Source of the DNA: Octopus sinensis
Taxonomy: Eukaryota
Length of the DNA: 32,279 nt
NCBI RefSeq assembly: GCF_006345805.1
Contig: NW_021832170.1
Coordinates: 1 to 32,279 of the forward strand
Direction of reading: 5' to 3'
Part shown: piece after piece, positions 20,961-32,279 of the stretch
How the letters are laid out: every line of letters starts with the position of its first letter
Position numbering within the stretch: position 1 is the stretch's first letter
Translations under genes and position numbers: made by a program
Notes under the pieces: generated by a model
The model's input: the letters and a program-made list of their open reading frames with translations, nothing else
Databases searched by the model: none
Told to the model about the DNA's origin: nothing

Positions 20961-21461
20961 TACATATTTGTACGTGAATTTTTAGATATGCATGCGTCGT
21001 GTACGTTATTCTATTCATGCGACGCGTGTAGGTATGTTTAAGAGAAAAATACATACAAAAAAAAAACAACACACAACAGAAAACAAAAGATGTTTCTCCT
21101 TAAAAGTAGTACTAAGTAACCAAAATAGACTTGTGACCCCTAAATCAAGGCAATATACAATATCGACCCCCTTTTTACTTTTTCTTTTTCGCATATACCT
21201 TGTCCCCTCGGTGTTGAGTGAGATCAATAGTCTATATCGTTCGTCTGTAGACGTAATTAGGGATCATACGTCTATTTTAGTCATCTTTTGATCCTTAAAT
21301 TACCCCCACCTTCACGAAAAAAAGGAAAAAAAAATTCCTTCACCCTCTACAAAATATCCCCCCCTCTTAAATAACAATGGAAATGGAGGGGGTGCTAAAC
21401 AATGTAAGTTATTGATTGGTTGTACTGAGGAGGCTCTGTTTCCACCATGTTTTTTTTAGAA

Positions 21462-21960
21462 ATGGGTAGAGGTAGGTGGATATGAGAGGGAGAGGGGTGG
21501 ATATCATAGACGGAAAAGGGTGGAGGGTGGATATGAGAGATGGTAGTCGTGTGAGGTGGGAATGGAAAGTGGTAGGAATGGAAGGCGGATATATGAGATG
21601 ATAGGGGTAGATGGTGGATATAAGAGAAAGCGGAGTGGCGGTGGTGGCAACGGAAGATGGTAGGGTGGAGGGTGCATGTGAGAGGTGGTAGTGGTAGGAG
21701 GTGGGAAAGGGTGGGGTTGTTCAGGAAAATAGGAGACGGGGGAGTGGAGGGTAGGAATGAGAGATGAGAAGGGTGGAAGGTAGATATGAGAGACGGTAGT
21801 GGGGTGGAAAGTAAAAATGAGAAACGGAAGGAGGTGGAGGTGGGGTGGAAGAGAGAGAAGGCAGAGAAGGGTTTTGAGGGGTGGGTGTGTTTGGAAATAA
21901 GGGTTGAGGGGCTGGTTGTCGGGTGGTTCGGTGGTTGAGTGGGGTAACGGAATGTTGAAG
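21462..21960 (+). repeat. G/A-rich low-complexity tract with a diverged GGTGGATATGAGAG unit
   Basis: Strong purine skew; the unit recurs about 6-7 times at irregular spacing. Confidence 0.7.
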
Positions 21961-22035
21961 AAATCGGAACGAGATTAGAGAGAAAATGAGTTTACAATTC
22001 AAAGTTCCCTTGGGGAGGTAGATATATTTCAGGTA

Positions 22036-23336
22036 ACAGTGGTAGTAGCTGTTGTAGTGGTAGCAGTGGTAGTGTTGTTGGTGAAGTGGTGATGATGGAA
22101 GTGATGATGGTGGTAGTGTTGGTGGTAGTGTTGGTGGTAGTGGTGATGGTGGCAATGGTGATGGTGGTAGTATTGATGGTTGTGTTGTTGGTGGTAGTTG
22201 TGATGATGGCAATAGTGATGGTGGTAGTGGTGGTAATGGTATTTAGTAGTGGTGGTGGTAGTGGTGGTAATGTTGTTGCTGGATGTGGTGATGGTGGTAT
22301 TGTTGTTGGTGGTAATGGTAATGGTGGTACTGGTGATGGTGATTATGGTGATGGTGGTAGTGATGATGGTGGTAGTAGTGATGGTAGTGGTGGTAGTGTT
22401 GAAGATGTTAGTAGTGCTGGTGGTACGGGTGTTGGTACTAGTGGTATTGGTGGTGGTGGTGATGGTGTTAGTAGTAGTGATGATGGTAGTAGTGGTGACA
22501 GTAATTGTGGGAGTAGAGGTAATAGTAGTGATGTTTGTGGTGGTAGTGAAATGACGGTATTCGTAGTAGTAGTGGTGGGGCAGAAGTGTTGGTTGAGGTG
22601 GTGACTGTAGCGGTGCTAGTAGTACTGTCGAGCGTAATAGTAATAGCGCTGTTGGTTGGTGGTAGTAGCGTTAGTAGTGGTGGGGGTAAACAGTGCTGGT
22701 GATAGTAATGTTCTCGTTGGTGCTAGTGTCGGTGGTAGCTGTGGCAGTAGTAATGTACGTAGTGGTGGTAGTATAAGTGTTGGTTATACTAGCGAGCAGG
22801 GGGCATTTATAGTGATGATGGTAGTGATGGTTGTTGGGATATTACTTGTGTTGTGGTGACAGTGGAGTAGTGGTGGTAGTGGAAGGAGGTTTGACGTTGC
22901 TTGCGGTGGTTGTGATGGTCACGGTAGTAGCGGAGATGGAATTAGCGGTAGCAGAGTTAATGGTGGGGGTGGTGATGGCAGCAGCGTTAATGTTAGTGTT
23001 TCTTAGCGGTGTTAGTGGTGATGTTAGCGATGAAGGCGGCGATATGTTTTTAAACTATAGTTAGTGGTGGTCGCGGTGGTAATGTCGGTCTTTGTGGAGG
23101 CGGCAATAGAGGTGTCAGTAGTTGCAGTGGTAGTAGATGTGGTGGGAGTGGTGGTGGTAGTAGTGGTGGTGGTGGTGGTGGCGACGGTAAGAGAGTTAAA
23201 CATATGCTATAACAACAACCACACCACCACCGCCACACCCAGCACTACCACAACTAACACCACCGCCGCCGCTACAACCATCACAACCACCACCACCACC
23301 ACTACAAACAACAACAATAACGACAGCAATAATAAC
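22036..23336. repeat. Long degenerate GGT/GAT/GTA triplet array followed by a complementary CAC/CAA array
   Basis: 22036-23190 is G/T-rich; 23210-23336 is C/A-rich. Confidence 0.92.
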
Positions 23337-23509
23337 AGAATATTTAAATATAAGATGTAAAATAAGAACACCCCCCACCCCACTGAAAAAAACATCATAT
23401 TAAAAACACGAAAACAAACATCAAGAAAAATGGAGGATAAATAGAAAATTGCCCGTATGTATGAATATATACTCAATACCTCTTATATATAGCAATGAAT
23501 GTATAGATG

Positions 23510-23665
23510 GATGGATGTATATATATACACACACACTTATAAATACTTATGTGTGAATATATAAGATGGTTTATATATGTGTGTATATAGATGTATATAT
23601 ATATACATATATAGTATATGTATATATGTATATATATTACATATATATATATATATATCTATATA

Positions 23666-23735
<70 letters not shown>

Positions 23736-24010
23736 CATATTATACATATATATATATATATTACATATATATATATACGTATGTATACATATATATACGC
23801 ATACATACATATACATATATGTGTATAGATATATGTATGCATATAACGTGCAGACACTCACGCACGTGCATTTATATGCCTTCGCATGCATGCCTATGCA
23901 TACAAACCTACGCACACACACACATGTATGTATGCATGCTTGCATGCATGTATGTATGTATGCATGCGTGCATGTGTGCACGTATGAATGCATGTATGTA
24001 TAAATATGCA
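23510..24010. repeat. (TA)n/(TGCA)n/(TATG)n microsatellite field
   Basis: Directly visible. Confidence 0.92.
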
Positions 24011-24169
24011 TGTCTGTAAGGATGTTTGTATAATTTATACGTGTGTATTTATGTACTTTTATTTGTAATATTCAAGATGTTTACACTCTTTTACTCCATG
24101 CTTACCCTGAAAGCATTGGTGACCGAATAATTTTGAAATATCTCTTCATCTCTGTATCGAAACGACAAC

Positions 24170-24557
24170 GAAAAACGTCGACGGCGGCGGTGGCGGCGGC
24201 GATGAGGGGCAACAACAGCGACGATGCCGAGGACAAAGGATACGACGAAGCCGACGACGGGTAATAACGAAGGGTGATGACGACGCCGAGGACGACGGTG
24301 GGGGGGGGGGCGACCATGCTGATAATCATGATAAAGGATGTCTGCGACGACGACGACGACGACAAATAAACAACGACGGTGACGTCGACGGCGTTAACGG
24401 AGACAAAGACGCTGTTGCGACCGACGCCGTCGTCGCGACCACCGCTGACGCAGCCGATAATGATGATGATGATAACGACGGTGATGACGACGACGACGAC
24501 GAAGACAACGACAACGACAACGACGACGATGACGATGATGACAGTTTCCTAAATTGT

Positions 24558-24588
<31 letters not shown>

Positions 24589-25165
24589 AATGATGATGAT
24601 GTTGATGGTGATGATGATGATGATGGTTGATGATGATGATGATGATGACGATGTCGGACAACGATACTTATGATGATGACAATGACGACGACGACGAAAA
24701 CGGCCGCGACGTTGTCGATGACAATGATGATGATGAGGAGGAGGAGGAGGGGGAGGGGAGGGGACGATGAAGTGGAGGTAGTAGTAGTATTAGTATAAGT
24801 AGTAGTAGTAGTATGATAAGATGAAGAGAAACAAGAATAAACTGAAATAAAGAAAATTAAGAAGAGGGGGGAAAATGGGGAGGAGGAGGAGGAGGAGGAG
24901 AAGAAGATGAAGAAGAAGAAGAGGAAGAAGAAGAAGGAGGAGAAGGAGGAGGAGAAGAAGAAGAAGGAGGAGGAGGAGGAGGGGAGAAGAAGAAGGAAAA
25001 GAAGAAGAAGAAGGAAAAGAAGAAGAAGAAGAAGAAGAAGAAGAAACGGAAATTAGAAAAGGCTGCAGAGGTGATGGTGGAGTTGGTATTAGTGTCGGTG
25101 GTAATGGTGGTGGCGGTGTTGTTGTTGTTTGTGGTGGTGGTGGTGGTGGTAACGGTGGTGATTGC
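24170..25165. repeat. Compound triplet arrays GAC/GAT > GAG/GAA > GGT
   Basis: Directly visible; CpG-rich from 24170 to 24720. Confidence 0.92.
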
Positions 25166-25554
25166 GTGGACGAAAATGTCATGCAAACCCAGGGTATTCA
25201 CCCTCCTCTCACGTCGCCCCTTTCTCACCTCCACTCCACCCTATTTGCACGAGAAACGATTAGAACGAAAGGAAAAACAAAACTATCAGTTGGTGTTACA
25301 TTTATAGGGGAAAAACATTCTATTTTGTTCTTTAATTTTAGTGGGGTGGAAGGCGGGGTATCATTTCTTTTTTTATATTGTTTTTATTTTTGATTCATTA
25401 TTTTCATTAGTAGATCAAAACGATTACAGCGCCCCCTCTACCGTGCAATTTTCTTTTCTTTTTTTTTTCCACGTTGCCTTCATTCAGTCGTAAAACGTTG
25501 GAGAAAAGCTTACGTAAGAGCTGATAATCAGCGATGTCTGTATTATCATCCGGC

Positions 25555-25667
25555 ATATGTGTGCGTCTATGTATTCACATGTATATGTGAATGTATACGT
25601 GTGTACGTGTGTGTATATAATATATATATATATATATATAATTATGTATATATATATATATATATAG

Positions 25668-25748
<81 letters not shown>

Positions 25749-25964
25749 GTATGTATGTTTATATATATATATATATATATACATATATTACATATATATA
25801 TATATATATGTATAGATATACACACACGTGCAAACATGCATGTGTGTATATGTTCTATTACCATTCAGTGCAAGTGCACGTGCTTATATGTGTGTGTATG
25901 TATATATATATATATATATATATACACGCATATATATATATGTATATATATATATTGTATATAT

Positions 25965-26015
<51 letters not shown>

Positions 26016-26460
26016 TATATATGTATAGTATATATATATTATCTATATATATAATAGGTATCTATTATATATATGTGTTGCATACATTCATACATACATG
26101 TTATGCAGCTAACTACATACATATTTATATATTTAGCCTCATGCAAATAAGTTATACAGAATCGCACTTAATTCTCTCGTCCTTTATCTCAAATACACAC
26201 TTACGAATGTATGCACGTTACATACATATACATACACACACAGACATATAAACATATCCATGTAAGCAGACCTATACAAGAGTGTTCATATATAGTTACG
26301 CATATACACTCTAACGCAAACACTTGTATTTGTATGGATTAAGCTGGTATGTATGTATGCATGTATGCATATATATATACATATATATATTTATATATCT
26401 ACACGCACATACATATATGTATGTGTGTATGCATATATATATATATATATATATATATAC
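25555..26460. repeat. (TA)n-dominated microsatellite field
   Basis: Directly visible. Confidence 0.92.
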
Positions 26461-26461
26461 G

Positions 26462-26515
26462 AATGGCGGTGCCCCAGCATGGCCACAGCTCGTGAGCTGA
26501 AAGTAGATAAAATGA
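26462..26515 (+). mobile_element. 3'-tail fragment of a family B-like SINE
   Basis: GGCGGTGCCCCAGCATGGCCACAG...GAAAGTAGATAAAA resembles 7824-7870. Confidence 0.6.
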
Positions 26516-26595
26516 AAAAAATGTATATATATATATACTTAGAAGTGGATGCGTCGCGTTCAATTAAATAATACACACACGAAGACACACAGACG

Positions 26596-26645
<50 letters not shown>

Positions 26646-26850
26646 TCCGTATACATGCATATATTGGGTTAGGACGTCACCATCGGTGCAAATAACTTGA
26701 CATGCGTAAACAAACATGGGAAAAACGAGTGAAATACGCAAACAACGAGAAAAAAAATGGAAAGCAGGACAAGTAAACACAGAGAAAGACCCTTCCTCGG
26801 TTGCAGTCAGTCTATCTACTCCTCATTTCAAGCATTCAGTATATATATGT

Positions 26851-27080
26851 TTCTTTACTACCCACAAGGGGATAAACATAGAGGAGACAAACAAGGACAG
26901 ACAAACGGATTAAGTCGATTATATCGACCCCAGTGCGTAACTGGTACTTATTTAATCGACCCCGAAACGATGAAAGGCAAAGTCGACCTCGGCGGAATTT
27001 GAACTCGGAACGTAACGGTAGACGAAATACGGCTACGCATTTCGCCCGGCGTGCTAACGGTTCTGCCAGCTCGCCGCTTT
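26851..27080 (-). mobile_element. Full-length SINE family A with an 18-bp TSD
   Basis: CATTCAGTATATATATGT at 26833-26850 and 27081-27098; intact head GCGGCGAGCTGGCAGAA and B-box. Confidence 0.95.
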
Positions 27081-27499
27081 CATTCAGTATATATATGTGT
27101 GTGTCTGTGTGTGTGTGTGTGTGTATACAAGCGGGTACACATATGTACATACGCAATCTTGCATAACCTACACAGCCCGCTTACATACATATTAACATGC
27201 ACGCGCAGACACGCACGCGCGCGCACACACAAACATCACATACGCACGTGCATATATAGGCGCAAATATCGAACAGTGGGAGCGAGTGCTCAACACCGTA
27301 TTCCCGGAAAAACATTCTTTATTTGCGGGTTAACAAGACTCATCCAAAATGGAGAAGTGTACCAACGTTCCCATGTATCCACACACACAAGTGCTGCCCG
27401 CTACCACCCAGTAAAAGAAATATTAATTAATGAAGAGGAAACAGAGTGGACAATGCCTTTCCTTTGTTGAGGTGATTATTGGAAGTTATCACATTGTAT

Positions 27500-27886
27500 G
27501 TGGAGGCGCAATGACCCAGTGGTTAGGGCAGCGGACTCGCGGTCGTAGGATCGCGGTTTCGTAGTGAGTGTTTATTGTGACCGGGTGTTGTGAGTGTTTA
27601 TTGCGCAAAAGCATCTAAAGCTACCCGTTAGTGGGTAGTGGCGAACCCTGTTGTATTCTTCCACCACAACTATCCCTCACTCTTTCTTCCTGTTTCTGTC
27701 GTACCTGTATTTCAAAGGGCCAGTCTTGTCACACTCTGTGTTACGCTGAATCTCTCTGAGAACTGCGTTAGGGGTACACGTGCCTGTGGAGTACTCAGCC
27801 ACTTGCACGTTAATTTCACGAGCAGGCTGTTCCGTCGATTGGCTCAACTGAAATACTCGTCGTCGCAAACGACGGAGTGCCACGAC
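27500..27886 (+). mobile_element. tRNA-derived SINE family C with a 10-bp TSD
   Basis: Head GGAGGCGCAATGACCCAGTGGTTAGG; CACATTGTAT at 27490-27499 and 27887-27896; the B-box region is disrupted by a local duplication. Confidence 0.85.
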
Positions 27887-28184
27887 CACATTGTATATAT
27901 GTTGGAGTGATAAGAAACATGTCTAGAATCATAGAATCTATATTACGAATGTCTACCTTGCTATATCATTTTCCTGTTTGAATCCTCCTGCTTGTCTCTC
28001 TCTCTCTCCTTCTCTCTCTCCCTCTCTCTCTCTCTTGCTCACTTTCTACATGCGCATACACTCATACATATATAAGGACATTATACATACATGTGTACAC
28101 AAACATGTGCGTGCATGTATGTATATACATTATATAGAGAGATGAAAGAGAAAGCAATAAAGGTAGACAAGCGCAAGTGATTAC

Positions 28185-28318
28185 AGACACATATTATGTC
28201 CATACATATACATACATATACATACATACATACATACATACATACATACATACATACATACATACATACATGCATACATGCATACATACATACATGCATA
28301 CATACATACATACATACG

Positions 28319-28349
<31 letters not shown>

Positions 28350-28350
28350 C
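28185..28350. repeat. (TACA)n/(TA)n microsatellite
   Basis: Directly visible. Confidence 0.95.
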
Positions 28351-28484
28351 ATGGACTCTCCCGTCGTTAGACAACATATGAAAGTTCGACAAGTTCTTAA
28401 GGAACAACCACACAGATGGGTTTTTTTTTATAGTGATCAAATGGTTTTGTAGAAATAAGCTCCTTCCTTCCATAGAAACGACAT

Positions 28485-28650
28485 TACCTGTACAGGTGCA
28501 ACTGGGTGCCACATGTCAAATGTTGTCAAAATGATCGCAGACCAACGTGAAATGAACTGGTTGCTCAAGAATACAACGCAACGTCTGGTCTGGGAATCGA
28601 ACCCACGATCTCGCGATCGTGAATGCAATATCCTAACCACTAGGCCATGC
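28485..28650 (-). mobile_element. tRNA-derived SINE (head plus short body)
   Basis: Minus strand has A-box TGGCCTAGTGG and B-box GGTTCGATTCC but no acceptor stem. Confidence 0.75.
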
Positions 28651-28816
28651 ACATATATGTACAGAGCGACCCCACCAAAAAACCAAATCCATGGGTACAT
28701 GGACCCATGGTACAGGGAAATTATGTGGAAACTATGTTCTCACTCATGTTTATCTTTGTGCCACAACATCACTTCACTATGGATTAGTTTCTTTACGTCC
28801 CAGTATCTTATCGATT

Positions 28817-28910
28817 CGGTAAAAGAGAGCATTAGACTCTTAAATCTTACAAGGTGTTGCTCCTGCATGGCTGCTGTTCAATGACTGAGACAAGTAAAAG
28901 ATAAAAGATA
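28817..28910 (+). mobile_element. Degenerate family B-like SINE tail
   Basis: CTCCTGCATGGCTGCTGTTCAATGACTGAGACAAGTAAAAGATAAAAGA resembles 7830-7880. Confidence 0.6.
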
Positions 28911-29408
28911 TCACTTGATCTGATAATTTGTGACTATCAAAGAGCCGAAAGCCTGGATCTTTCTAGTTCAAATTAACATTCAAATTCAGACAATGACATT
29001 TATCAGAACCAGGAGGTAGTTAAGTATTTAAACCATTAATACGACAGAACAATGTAGTTTGGGGATCGAGATCACCCCCAAGAAATTCGAGAACCATTTT
29101 TGTGCTCTTGTCTACCCATTGTTCATGGTGTGGAAAAGAACAAAGGATTTTTGCTGTTTTTGTAGAGAACTCTCTGGATTCATGCAAGTAATAATGATCC
29201 AGAAGGGGAGGTAATTTATTGATCCATGCAGGATGTCTTAAAAGGGTGTTACTTCATAATCTGTATAAAAACAAAAGGTAAAGTTACTTTCTCATGAAGG
29301 CCCCAAATTTCCTTTAATTTGGGGTCCTTATGTAGAATTGGTAAAATTTGGGTGATGATGGTGAAGGTTTCTTTGTTTCTGGGATTGTCAAAGGAAATTT
29401 TACATATA

Positions 29409-29903
29409 CATAAAATCATTAAAAGCTACAAACAACCGAAATCACTAAAAAAGATCCTCACAAAGGCAAAATTATTTTCTAAAATAACGGATGTGAAAGT
29501 GAAAAAGTGTGGTAGACTAAATTGCGCAACATGCCCAAACCTTCTAGAAGGATCAGAATTCCTTTACAAAGAGGGACAAAATTTCAAAATCAAATCTTAC
29601 TTTACTTGTGCTTCAGAAAACCTGATTTATGTTATAAGATGCTCGGGCTGCCACCAAAACTACATAGGGTCCACAAGATTATCGCTCAGACGCAGATGCA
29701 CTCAGCATCGACAGCAGATTGCATTCCCAGAATAAAGAATGATACCCTTTAGTGAACATATTGAGAAATGCGCAAAGCAAATGCTACCACAATTTGTAAT
29801 CTTTCCATTCTATCAATATGCCATTGGAACAGCAACACAAGTTAAATTAAATAAGGAAACCTTCTTCATTGAAAAATATAAGCCAAAACTTAACCTTTTC
29901 TAA
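29409..29903 (+). pseudogene. Penelope-type linker zinc finger plus GIY-YIG endonuclease (one in-frame stop)
   Basis: HKIIKSYKQPKSLKKIL...CGRLNCATC...FTCASENLIYVIRCSGCHQNYIGST...RRCTQHRQQI..PE*RMIPFSEHIEKC...ETFFIEKYKPKLNLF*; NLIY/YIG motif, catalytic R, terminal E...P.LN. Confidence 0.92.
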
Positions 29904-30126
29904 CATTTTTAAATAAGGAAACTCAACTCTTTGGAAAATATAAAGCAAAGCCTAACCACATTGTATTCCTTCCAAACCACTCACGTTAAATTAATCAAGC
30001 CTAGTCATTCCCAACATTTTTTATTATCTCCCTTATACCGTAAAAATCCCTGATTACCTTCCTTTGCCTGGAACTCCATATTTCACAACATAGCGAAGAT
30101 ATGACACAATATAGGTGAAGAAATTT

Positions 30127-30165
30127 GAGAAATTTGAAAAGAAAATACGAAAACGGTTATTTCTC
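30127..30165 (+). ncRNA. Minimal hammerhead motif with a U3-A8 core in the Penelope 3' repeat
   Basis: GAGAAAU / UUGAAAA / G-AAAAUA-C / GAA / AACGGU / U / AUUUCUC; extra pairing AUAGGU 30111-30116 with ACCUAU 30170-30175. Confidence 0.62.
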
Positions 30166-30282
30166 CCAAACCTATGTTACTATACGCAAAATTTTATAAC
30201 ATTTTTCTAACATAACGATTTAAATATATACTTTAATCACATAACACAAGCCTTCTGTAGTTTTTTAAATCTCTTTTGTCTT

Positions 30283-30567
<285 letters not shown>

Positions 30568-30570
30568 AAT

Positions 30571-30729
30571 GGGCTTTTTTCAATTTCCGTCTACTAAAGC
30601 CAGTCACAAAGCTTTGGTTGGCCTGAGGCTATAGTAGAAGACACTTGCCCAAATTTCCTCGCGGTGGGACTGAACTCAGAAGCATGTGGTTGGGAAGCAA
30701 ACTTCTTGCCACACAGCCACACCTGCGCC
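30571..30729 (-). mobile_element. Family B SINE 5' half
   Basis: Homologous to 17395-17546. Confidence 0.85.
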
Positions 30730-31059
30730 TACTTAAGTAATTAGATAAGATATAGAAACCTGCACATTACTATAAATGACATAAATGTATTAATATTGTG
30801 CTGTACAAGATAATTAGTCTAGTAGCGGCAAACTAGCTGGCAGCCTCAAGAATTTGAAGTTACAGTTCTTAAATTTGTGCAGATTAGAAGAGGTTCCGGA
30901 CCATTAGTGTCAAGAAAGTCGTTGTTCTACCTGTACAAGAAATATAGGATGGTGCTTTTATGAATCGTTACTCGATGGAATTTGAAGAAGGCTTCTGTTG
31001 ATTATATACCATTTCGTTTACGTTTTTTATTTCCTCTTTATTATTAAAGACGTGATGGT

Positions 31060-31290
31060 TAAGACACACGGTGGGTAGAATTGTTTGAACATCGGAAAGA
31101 ATTTCAGCGAAATTCGTTCCGGCACCTTGCGTTCTGCTTTTAAATTCCACAGAAGTCATCTCTGCCTTTCATCCCTTTAGGGTCCATAAAATAACATGCA
31201 AGCCAAGAGCTATGGTCAGTGGTATCGATTAACCACTTCTCAAAATTGCTGATGTTGTGCCTAAATCAAAGACAATGTTTAAAAGATTAG
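31060..31290 (+). mobile_element. Highly diverged family A-like SINE
   Basis: TTTAAATTCC and GCCTTTCATCCCTTTAGGGTCCATAAAATAA match the family A B-box and central block. Confidence 0.6.
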
Positions 31291-31628
31291 TTGTCTTGCA
31301 CATTCGTATATTTGCATGACATGAATGAGGACCAAAGAATTCTTTCAGATTTAGATAGAATTCCTTTTCACAGTTATCATATAACTTTACCGATGTATTA
31401 ATTTTTCGTGTTTATATTAGTTGAGATTATTATTTTCTAACATATTATGGGATGCGGAAAGGATCTAGAAGTTATTGCTAAGCGATGGATTTATCCTCAC
31501 AAAGACCAAAAATGAAAAATAAACGTTGCTTGGTTTTAAGGATGTCGAAGAAACACTAAAAAATGAACTAAAGAAAAGCTAAAAATAATAAAACCTCAAT
31601 AAAAAATATGCTTCAAAATTATTGTGTG

Positions 31629-31703
31629 TTAGATTGTAATATGAGTCCGAAAGGTTTGTTTCGTATTTTCTTTCTTCAATCGTTTTTCCGGCAATTCTTC
31701 AAT
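31629..31703 (-). CDS. Candidate terminal coding exon of an unidentified gene (IEELPEKRLKKENTKQTFRTHITI*)
   Basis: Strong polypyrimidine acceptor ACCTTTCTCCTACTTTCCTCTCCAACATTTTCTCAG, 24 open codons, stop, then a U-rich downstream region; no homology recognised. Confidence 0.3.
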   Translation of the reverse strand: MEELPEKRLKKENTKQTFRTHITI

Positions 31704-32180
31704 CTGAGAAAATGTTGGAGAGGAAAGTAGGAGAAAGGTTTTTACCAGGATATGAAAAGTACGGAGAGAAGATATCAAGGGAAATAGAATGTCAATATGA
31801 TGGCAAAATATTTCTGGTGTTTGCAACGAGATACGTCTAATGCATGGTATAAGAAACCATAAAAAACCCACACACTCATCGATTTCAATATCGTTTAGAA
31901 GTTTGTAGAAATTGATTGAAAACTTTTAATATTTGTATTTCTGTAATGATTTTCTGAAACTTGTCAGAACATTGCCTGTTCGGTATTTATATAGTAAATG
32001 CCATTTTTGGTTTTAGCTGTTCGTACTTTCTCTTCGAGATTCAGTTGTTGTGATTGTGGCTTATCACCATGATAATTGACGAGCAACCGAACTATCACGC
32101 AGATATTCGTGTTATACATGAGTACGTATACATACACACATATATACATATACAGATAAATTGATAGACATATATGTATG

Positions 32181-32228
<48 letters not shown>

Positions 32229-32279
32229 CACAAACACACCTGAGAGAATATCTGCATGATAGTTCAGTTTATATATACC

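Larger units (their letters stand above)
29294..30282 (+). mobile_element. 5'-truncated Penelope-like element with a 5' inversion and a 3' terminal repeat ending at (TA)n
   Basis: Inverted segment 29294-29398, direct coding segment 29409-29903, 3' repeat with an HHR motif. Confidence 0.88.

Noticed and set aside
22086-22604. Gly/Ser-rich structural protein ORF
   Set aside because: It is a frame of the degenerate GGT array; other frames give poly-V/M, and there are no splice or signal features
27051-27470. 139-aa ORF
   Set aside because: It starts in a SINE and crosses microsatellites; no motif recognised in the unique part
28570-28650. tRNA gene
   Set aside because: It has A/B boxes but no acceptor stem and continues into a SINE body; the same applies to the heads at 7492, 27500 and 27080

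Overview
This is a repeat-dense, AT-rich animal genomic window, most likely from Octopus. That is an inference from the SINE families, the (TA)n/(TACA)n/triplet microsatellite load and the LINE remnants. No complete host gene can be supported, and most ORFs in the supplied track are translations of microsatellites. The recognisable coding sequence is all retroelement-derived: L1/Tx1-like pieces (RT at 1030-1375; ORF1 plus endonuclease start at 4940-6756; ORF2 C-terminus at 12880-13320), R4/Dong-like pieces (RT at 10108-10800; three RLE 3' ends at 12155-13848), a HERO-like RLE remnant (543-720), and a Penelope-like element with a GIY-YIG domain and a 5' inversion (29294-30282). About a dozen tRNA-derived SINE copies are also present. 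The most interesting signal is a set of minimal type-I hammerhead ribozyme (HHR) motifs in short fold-back elements and in the Penelope 3' repeat. Five complete motifs show three different Watson-Crick combinations at catalytic-core positions 3-8: C-G at 6900 and 7195, U-A at 18565 and 30127, and A-U at 18192. One ~230-bp HHR mini-element is homologous to the 3' repeat of the GIY-YIG-coding copy, which suggests an autonomous/non-autonomous Penelope-ribozyme system. A few promoter-like and exon-like signals are listed with low confidence.
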